From the NCBI GenBank assembly GCA_050290065.1, contig JBNKGY010000001.1:16103-80102 (forward strand): 64,000 bases of DNA, given 5' to 3'. Every line of letters starts with the position of its first letter. Positions within the stretch are counted from its first letter, which is position 1. This stretch comes from Marinilabiliaceae bacterium. Lineage in GTDB: Bacteria; Bacteroidota; Bacteroidia; Bacteroidales; Marinilabiliaceae. The notes beneath the pieces were generated by a model. The model was not told the origin of the DNA. It did not search any database and saw nothing but the letters and a program-made list of their open reading frames with translations. Shown here one piece after another: positions 59,246 through 64,000 of the stretch. The position numbers and the translations under genes were made by a program.

Positions 59246-60121
59246 ATGCCAAGTTTAAAAGATATAAAAACCCGTATTGATTCGGTTAAAACAACCCGAC
59301 AGGTTACAAGTGCCATGAAAATGGTATCTGCTGCTAAACTGAAAAAGGCTCAGGATGATATTGTGCAGTTAAGACCGTATGCTGATAAGCTGAATGATAT
59401 TATTATTGATCTTGTTGGTGCTATTGATTCTGAGATAGAGCTTAAGCTTGCAGAGAATCGTGCACCTGATCAAGTTTTGGTTGTAATGATCACATCCAAT
59501 AGAGGTTTATGTGGTGCATTCAATTCAAGTATAGTAAAAGCGGTTAATAATTTAATTCGTAATGAGTATTCTTCTCATCTAAAAAATGGCTTTATTGATG
59601 TAATGGCAATTGGTAAACAAGGCGAAAAGTTATTAAAATCATCCGGTATTGATTGTATTTCTGAGCATAACAATATCTATAGCAATATAAGTTTTAATAC
59701 TATAGATTCTATTTCTACTGCCATTATAAATGATTTTCTTAAAAATAAGTATGATAAGGTAATTTTGGTATACAATGAATTTGTGAATGCTGCGGTTCAA
59801 AATGTAAGCGTAAATCAATTTTTACCATTAGAGTTACCAGAATTAGATAATAGTTATTCATCTCCATATTTATATGAACCAAATGAACAGGAGATACTTA
59901 ACGATTTAATTCCGCAGAGTTTAAAAACATTGTTTTTCAAGGCTATTCTTGAGTCTATTGCTTCGGAACATGGGGCAAGAATGACTTCTATGCATAAGGC
60001 GACTGATAATGCTACTGATTTGATAAAAGAATTAGAATTAAGCTATAATAAAGCAAGGCAAGCTGCAATTACTAACGAAATTCTTGAAATTGTTGGAGGA
60101 GCTGAAGCATTAGCTAAATAG
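59246..60121 (+). CDS. atpG: ATP synthase gamma subunit
   Basis: T.QVTSAMKMVSAAKL, SNRGLCGAFN, EHGARM..M..ATDNA, YNKARQAAIT.EI.EI. Confidence 0.97.
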   Translation: MPSLKDIKTRIDSVKTTRQVTSAMKMVSAAKLKKAQDDIVQLRPYADKLNDIIIDLVGAIDSEIELKLAENRAPDQVLVVMITSNRGLCGAFNSSIVKAVNNLIRNEYSSHLKNGFIDVMAIGKQGEKLLKSSGIDCISEHNNIYSNISFNTIDSISTAIINDFLKNKYDKVILVYNEFVNAAVQNVSVNQFLPLELPELDNSYSSPYLYEPNEQEILNDLIPQSLKTLFFKAILESIASEHGARMTSMHKATDNATDLIKELELSYNKARQAAITNEILEIVGGAEALAK

Positions 60122-60145
60122 ATTTTTATAAAATCATATAATAAC

Positions 60146-60185
60146 AAAGGTTGGATACAAAATTGTTACCAACCTTTTTTGTTTT
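60146..60185 (+). terminator. Intrinsic terminator after atpG (probably bidirectional)
   Basis: AAAGGTTGG...CCAACCTTT stem followed by T runs. Confidence 0.7.
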
Positions 60186-60214
60186 TATGATTATGTCGGT
60201 TTGATGCAATTATT

Positions 60215-61621
60215 CTACCTCCGATGTTTTCGTTGAACTGCATTGTATGGATCACCAACACAAGGCATGGCTTTATTCCGATTCTTTTCTTTACAGCCTG
60301 TTAATATGCTTATGCCAAATCTGAGATTTATATTTCTTGTACCTGTTAAATTGAAAAATGCAGGTATATTATCGCTAATGGCATGAAGGTGAATAATACC
60401 TAATTTTGCACCGATTCCCGCTCCAATATTATTGAATGCCCTGTTTGCTATAGTATAAGATATACTTGTTGATAATATCTTTCCAAAATCAGTATTTCCA
60501 GAAAAAGTTAATGATGGATGCATTCTGTTTTTATAGAATTCTGCATGAAATACCGCACCAATATATGCATTGTCGGTTACATCTCTACTTATCCCTAGAT
60601 ATAATGCAGGTGAAAGTGGAGCGGAATATATTGATTGATCTATAGATGGATTAAAAACTGCAGATAGTGTATCTGCAAATTCGCTTGATGAATTGAGGCC
60701 ATTAGCATAGGTCGATCCAGATACATTCAAAACGCCAGAACTATGAAGGTGATAAGGATTTGTTTTCCAATTTATATATCCAATATCCAGTAGGCTTCCG
60801 GAAATTGTGGTTCTGTAATTCATATTATACGTAAAGCCAATATCAAATCCTAGTCCTTTATTCTCGTTGTTCAGTGCATATTCTTTCCAATCAATATTAT
60901 CTTGCAGGTCAATGTTTGTAATTTCTCCATTATTATTGGTTTCTATATCAATAGGCAAAGAAGAATACATATCGCCTGATCCATTAAGTAATAAATCGAA
61001 GGTGCTTGCATGCGTAAATAGTCTAAGATCTGTTGGTTTGGTGAATATATTTCCTTTTCCAAATAGTAATTTTACTCTAAAACCGATATTTAAATCTGAA
61101 TTTACTTCACGAGCCCAACCAAAGGCATACTCTCGATAATGGGTAGCGTTAATTCTTAGGCCATCTAATTTGCTATACTTACCTTCGAATTGTTGATTAC
61201 CTTTATATGCTAATAATAAGGCATTTTTTGAATATACATGATGTGAATTAAGTTTTTCATTAATGGTAAAGGTGAAGTAGTTATTTTTGTATTTGTATCC
61301 AACAGATAGTAAAGAAAAGTGTAGTTCTGTAGCTATAATTTCCAGCTTCTTCATTTTATTGATCGATCTGGAGGGATCAAACCTTAAAGAATCCCCGGAA
61401 TGAGATTCAAATACTTCATTAACTGCAAATCCAGTTGAAAAAGCATTAATATGTGTTGATCCAATAACAGGTAAACCTACGTATAGCTTGCAATTAATTG
61501 GGATTGATGGATTAACAATATTAGACTGGGGAAGGTCATGCATTAAAAATAGGGTATTATTTTGTTGAGCCTGTGCCATATACGCAATGCCAAGTAATAT
61601 CAACAGAATTAATACGCGCAT
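60215..61621 (-). CDS. DUF5723-like outer-membrane beta-barrel protein
   Basis: Signal peptide, PQSN.VNPS, alternating beta strands, GFDIG..Y, S.LDIG.I.W. Confidence 0.65.
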   Translation of the reverse strand: MRVLILLILLGIAYMAQAQQNNTLFLMHDLPQSNIVNPSIPINCKLYVGLPVIGSTHINAFSTGFAVNEVFESHSGDSLRFDPSRSINKMKKLEIIATELHFSLLSVGYKYKNNYFTFTINEKLNSHHVYSKNALLLAYKGNQQFEGKYSKLDGLRINATHYREYAFGWAREVNSDLNIGFRVKLLFGKGNIFTKPTDLRLFTHASTFDLLLNGSGDMYSSLPIDIETNNNGEITNIDLQDNIDWKEYALNNENKGLGFDIGFTYNMNYRTTISGSLLDIGYINWKTNPYHLHSSGVLNVSGSTYANGLNSSSEFADTLSAVFNPSIDQSIYSAPLSPALYLGISRDVTDNAYIGAVFHAEFYKNRMHPSLTFSGNTDFGKILSTSISYTIANRAFNNIGAGIGAKLGIIHLHAISDNIPAFFNLTGTRNINLRFGISILTGCKEKNRNKAMPCVGDPYNAVQRKHRR

Positions 61622-61631
61622 GAATATTATC

Positions 61632-62255
61632 TTATTGGATTAATGGAACTTCAAGAGCGGCTCGTACACCTACTGAAACATCAACGTTGTAATTATCAAT
61701 TTGTTGAATTACATTTGGGCTTTCGTCCAATTCTTTAAAATATATAATTAAAAGAATCTGTCTTACAGAATTTATTAGTTCATCATCTTCTGCATGAAGT
61801 GATATATCGTGAATAATAGAGTTGCTTTTAATGACATTCCCGTCGTCGTTTGTTTCCGCAGCATTAATATCCAAAGGAGGGTCTTGTAAAATGGATTTTA
61901 TAATATTGCCAAATTGATCAATGTAATATCCATAAACCTCCAAATTTGCGGGAAAATTATTTTCAATATTAAACCTGAACATTAATTCCTTTACTTCTTC
62001 AGCGTTATTTGTTATATCGTTGAAGCTAAATTTCGTGTATTCAGAAATTAATACTTCTTGATTGGTGTTATAATAGCCTAAAAAACCCTGACTTCCATTG
62101 TAGTCATCTGTACCAAGATCTAGTTCAGAAATGGGAAATGAAAATGTCGGTTCCCAAATGAAATCATCAGAAATCTTGCTTAAATCCTCTTTTACACATC
62201 CCCAAATTAAGATTGTAATGAAGTACGAGATAAAATATTTTTTAATAATTGGCAT
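61632..62255 (-). CDS. Hypothetical lipoprotein
   Basis: Lipobox-like IWGC followed by acidic residues; co-oriented with the barrel gene. Confidence 0.6.
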   Translation of the reverse strand: MPIIKKYFISYFITILIWGCVKEDLSKISDDFIWEPTFSFPISELDLGTDDYNGSQGFLGYYNTNQEVLISEYTKFSFNDITNNAEEVKELMFRFNIENNFPANLEVYGYYIDQFGNIIKSILQDPPLDINAAETNDDGNVIKSNSIIHDISLHAEDDELINSVRQILLIIYFKELDESPNVIQQIDNYNVDVSVGVRAALEVPLIQ

Positions 62256-62379
62256 TAGAACATTTGTTGTTATTACTAATAACTAACAAAACATTAATCT
62301 ATTGTGTTTATCGTTTATAGCGTTTTCATCAAAGACTAATTATAATATACCACTAAATATTGAAATTATTCAATAGTTT

Positions 62380-62958
62380 TTATTTAAAATATTCGAGTTC
62401 GATATAATGTATAAGTGAATGAATGATTTTAATATGTAATTCTTGAATCCTATCTGAATATCCAGTGTGCGGGATTCGTAATTCAACATCACATAGGTCT
62501 TTTAAAATACCTCCATTTTTGCCGGTGAGTGCAATAATTGGCATTCCTTTTTGTTGAGCGATCTTTGCTGCTTCAACTACATTAGCTGAATTTCCACTGG
62601 TACTTATTGCAAGTAAAACATCGTTTTCTTGACCCACAGAGTCTACGAACCTTGAAAATATATGATCAAAACCATAATCGTTACCTACACACGAAATATG
62701 AGTTGGATCTGAAATAGATATTGCAGCTAAACCACTTCTGTTGTCTCTAAATCTCCCTGTAAGTTCTTCTGCAAAATGCATTGCATCACTCATGGAACCT
62801 CCATTGCCGCACGAAATGATTTTAGCTCCTTTTTTTAGACTGGTTACCATTAAATTACCAGCTTTTTGTATGTTCTTCCAATTGTTCTCATCTTTAATGA
62901 ATTGGTTTAATAGATGAGAAGCTTCTATGAAATTATCTTTTATATTATTTATACTCAT
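62380..62958 (-). CDS. gmhA: Sedoheptulose-7-phosphate isomerase
   Basis: [41 protein letters not shown]...H. Confidence 0.93.
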   Translation of the reverse strand: MSINNIKDNFIEASHLLNQFIKDENNWKNIQKAGNLMVTSLKKGAKIISCGNGGSMSDAMHFAEELTGRFRDNRSGLAAISISDPTHISCVGNDYGFDHIFSRFVDSVGQENDVLLAISTSGNSANVVEAAKIAQQKGMPIIALTGKNGGILKDLCDVELRIPHTGYSDRIQELHIKIIHSLIHYIELEYFK

Positions 62959-63030
62959 ATTTGTTTATAATTTTGAGTAAAGATACAATGGGTTTTATTA
63001 AACTGAAATTTTATTTTTTAGTAATTATCT

Positions 63031-63840
63031 ATGAAAAAATTATTATATGAAATAATATTTGAGGCCGATACCAAATCAGGGAAAGCTTTTGATATAGGAT
63101 TAATTGTGTTGATTTTATTTAGTATATGCATTGTCATGCTTGAGAGTTTACCCAATAGAACGGATAACTTTTACCATATACTAGGTATAATGGAATGGGG
63201 TGTAACAATTGCTTTTTCTTTAGAATACTTAATTAGATTGTGGGTAGTTCGTAATTCCTTTCGATATGCATTAAGTTTTTTCGGAATAATTGATCTATTA
63301 GCAATAATCCCTACATTTTTAGGATTGATGTTTTCAGGTACGCATATGTTGGTTGTACTTCGTTCATTAAGGTTATTAAGAGTTTTTAGAGTATTAAAGC
63401 TTACTCGTTATATCAATGAAGCTTCACATTTGTGGAAAGCCTTAACTGCAAGTAGAAACAAAATTGGAGTTTTTTTATTCACGGTTGTTATCATGGTTGT
63501 TATTTTAGGAACCATGATGTACATTATTGAATCGGGTGAAAAGAGCGGTTTTACTAGTATTCCCATAAGTATTTACTGGGCCGTAGTTACATTAACTACC
63601 GTTGGATATGGAGATATTGCTCCAGTTACAGCTTTGGGACAGTTTTTGGCAGGAATCGTAATGATTTTAGGATATGCAATTATTGCAGTTCCTACGGGAA
63701 TCGTAACAGCTGAATTAACTCGTAAAAATCAAGAGAATACGACCACTCAGGTATGTCCTTCTTGCTTACAGGAAGGACATGATACTGATGCCGAATTTTG
63801 TAAATTCTGTGGAACAGAGCTCAATGTTGCTCAAAAATAA
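63031..63840 (+). CDS. Voltage-gated-type K+ channel (ion transporter) with C-terminal Zn ribbon
   Basis: S4 LRSLRLLRVFRVLKL, selectivity filter TLTTVGYGD, CPSC...FCKFCG. Confidence 0.9.
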   Translation: MKKLLYEIIFEADTKSGKAFDIGLIVLILFSICIVMLESLPNRTDNFYHILGIMEWGVTIAFSLEYLIRLWVVRNSFRYALSFFGIIDLLAIIPTFLGLMFSGTHMLVVLRSLRLLRVFRVLKLTRYINEASHLWKALTASRNKIGVFLFTVVIMVVILGTMMYIIESGEKSGFTSIPISIYWAVVTLTTVGYGDIAPVTALGQFLAGIVMILGYAIIAVPTGIVTAELTRKNQENTTTQVCPSCLQEGHDTDAEFCKFCGTELNVAQK

Positions 63841-63910
63841 TGTTGATGGGTAATGGCTATAATTATTAAGGTTGCTATAGAAAGATAACAAAAGTACTAA
63901 TAAATTAATA

Positions 63911-64000
63911 TCAATATTTTATGATTCTCTCTAAGTTTACAAAAGCATAGTTAAAGTCATTCTGGTCATCATCAGTAATTTCATTTCTAAATGTTTCTTT
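63911..64000 (-). CDS. 3' fragment of a gene entering from outside the window, probably dihydrofolate reductase
   Basis: My translation KETFRNEITDDDQNDFNYAFVNLERIIKY* resembles the DHFR C-terminus (D..N...Y.FV..ER). Only 29 aa visible. Confidence 0.5.
   Translation of the reverse strand, partial: KETFRNEITDDDQNDFNYAFVNLERIIKY

Overview
AT-rich window from a Bacteroidota chromosome, probably Marinilabiliales/Bacteroidales-like. Support: repeated TAnnTTTG sigma-70 promoter elements, a PorZ-like T9SS gene, and a Bacteroidota-type ATP synthase. Most of the window is housekeeping: rpiB, lutB, hemW, a U32 hydroxylase, LPS/CDP-alditol genes, ATP synthase split into atpDC and atpIBEFHAG, rdgB, gmhA, a K+ channel and a probable folA fragment. 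A near-consensus parS site at 2958-2973 suggests the window is near the origin. The striking part is a co-oriented signalling block of about 23 kb (21207-44312) with two modules. Module 1 is an F8-like chemosensory operon (yfiR-like, MCP, STAS, cheY, free Hpt, cheA, cheW x2, cheR, a kinase whose H-box His is replaced by Asn, cheD, cheB). Module 2 has no MCP, CheA or CheW. It carries three paralogous membrane GAF/coiled-coil proteins, an intact and a degenerate CheR, a stand-alone CheB, a SiaA/SiaB/SiaC-like Thr phospho-switch without the SiaD cyclase, a TerB/FHA-like ABCG-type transporter and two exported proteins. My best candidate for an undescribed system is module 2: chemotaxis-type methylation acting on a non-MCP receptor that controls a Sia-like switch and an ABC exporter. 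All family calls come from motif recognition by eye; no database searches were run. I saw no rRNA, tRNA, CRISPR array or transposase.
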